Below are positions 62,475-64,000 of a DNA stretch of 64,000 bases, piece by piece (the stretch's first letter is position 1; the number at the start of each line of letters is the position of its first letter). The stretch is taken from positions 28,458,001 to 28,522,000 of the forward strand of contig OX597817.1 of NCBI GenBank assembly GCA_951406725.2, written 5' to 3'. The notes beneath the pieces are model-generated. The model was not told the origin of the DNA. It did no database searches and saw only the letters and a list, made by a program, of their open reading frames with translations. The translations under genes and the position numbers were made by a program. Source of the stretch: Octopus vulgaris. Lineage: Eukaryota.

Positions 62475-62989
62475 CTAGCAGCATAGCCCGGCATTGCCCG
62501 GGTATGTAAGAGCCCCTGGAGCAGACATGATGCTCGCTGTGAATTTCAAAAAAATTCCTGCCAATTTGTGAAAGATATTGTTGAAAATATGTCATCTTGA
62601 ATTTGAACGCGATTTCCCAAAATGGCATGATTTTATAGATTTTTTCTGATAGTAAGGTATTGCATGGAAAACTAACGTCAGAATTAAGTTTCTTAGGGTA
62701 ACATTAAGCTTCACCATGAGTTTGGTGAAAATTGATTGCAAGTTGCGAAAACTACAACAGAAAATGTGTTGCAAATAAAAAGCTTAGATTCTCGACCCCA
62801 TGTCGAATTTATCGATATTTTTCAGAACTGGGGGAACTTTTCAAACTTTTTGCTGTGTTAGTTTTGAATTATGACATTGGGCTATGTGTGTGTCAAGTTT
62901 CATCAGAATCGGTTGAAAGCCGTGGTCAGGGTGAGGGTACAACCTGACAGACACACAGACAGACAAACTGCCGTTTATATAGAGAGAGA
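62475..62989 (-). mobile_element. Non-autonomous Helitron, second family
   Basis: Minus strand starts A^TC at 62990/62989 with subterminal (GTCT)n-like repeats and ends with hairpin CCCGGGCAATGCCGGG then CTAG^T. The ends resemble 15329-15717 but the interior differs. Confidence 0.82.
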
Positions 62990-63455
62990 TTTCATTACTA
63001 CTTTGATAAGTGCAATGAAGTTGCAAACTTCATTTCATTGAGAGTGGTCTGGTATGGCTGAAACATGTCTGAAATTACCTCTTGTATTATTTTGAGCATT
63101 ACAGCAAGTACAAGTCAATGACCAGCATTGTTTTTTCTCACTGCATAATTTATTCTAGTCAGCTTTTTAACACATTAACTCCACATGTACCATCAGCAGT
63201 TCATCACAAACTTGACACAACTGTCATATGCACCACTGGTGTCACATTTTCATAATTTGAGAAAATATTTCATTCTATACATTTAATATTGTTTTGAGGC
63301 TATCTACATAATGTGAGTGCTAAATATTAAAGTTAAGCCAAACAGTTATATTTCAAAGTAATTAAACAGTATGCAGTGTGACTGGAAATATGTGGCATCA
63401 CTAGTAAGTTCCAGTAGCAGTCTGTGGCAGTTAATGTGTCCAATGTCAGCCTTAA

Positions 63456-63677
63456 CCCTTTAGTGTTTGCATTATTCTGCCAAGATTAATGCCTTTTTTA
63501 TCCACATTGTTTTGAACTAATCATGCATTATCTTGTAACTATGAGATTTCAATGAGGTAGCTGTTAATTTTTAAAACGATATTGTAGGGTTGGTGTGAGA
63601 GACCAGATCTGGCCAGTTTAAACATAAAACAGGCAGAATACTTTTGGCCAGATATGGCTGGTTCAAATGCTAAAGGG
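63456..63677. mobile_element. piggyBac-type MITE with TTAA TSD
   Basis: TTAA|CCCTTTAGTGTTTG ... CAAATGCTAAAGGG|TTAA; collinear with 23295-23518. Confidence 0.88.
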
Positions 63678-64000
63678 TTAAATATGTTATCACTAACTTT
63701 AACTATTGTTCCTTTTTTTTTTTGACCATTTAGATAGTATCTAAATGTAGTTTATATTTTGAATATTTTTCCCTTTTCTGTACCTTTTTTTTTTGTTTTT
63801 GAATAATAGTTATGTATTTGCTTTGGTCTATTCTTCTTTTATTTATTATTCTCATTGGATTTATTATGGGTATTCATCAGCAGCATGGCACAGGTGGGGT
63901 TAGTTTTTTTAAAGTTTTTGTGGTTGGATGTGCCCTCTGTTGCCAAAGCTTTTAATTATGTCCCACGAAATGCAGGGATGCAGAGTGCCTATTCTGAAAC

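Overview
AT-rich eukaryotic genomic DNA with no recognisable host protein-coding gene. It is probably one long intron or an intergenic stretch. The repeat content resembles octopod cephalopod (Octopus-like) genomes; this taxon call is from recall, not a search. The recognisable content is almost all mobile-element debris plus (TA)n/(CA)n/(GA)n microsatellites. Retroelements: several tRNA-headed SINE families (CORE-like, Deu/Nin-like, Meta/CORE-like), 5'-truncated RTE, CR1 and HERO LINEs, a Neptune-like Penelope RT fragment and a short element with a decayed minimal hammerhead. DNA elements: an internally deleted Tc1/mariner with D46D spacing, pogo/Tc2- and piggyBac-type MITEs and three non-autonomous Helitrons. 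There is also a full-length, CpG-decayed 5S rRNA pseudogene. Most ORFs in the supplied track are spurious; those with real homology are transposon remnants. I cannot support a new multi-gene system. The best leads are RNA- or mechanism-level: a compact structured HERO 3' UTR with hammerhead-like core words, a hairpin array with variable loops in RTE 3' tails, a 5S-SINE fusion, a twin-priming-like RTE inversion, and a Helitron copy flanked by a 15-bp direct repeat.
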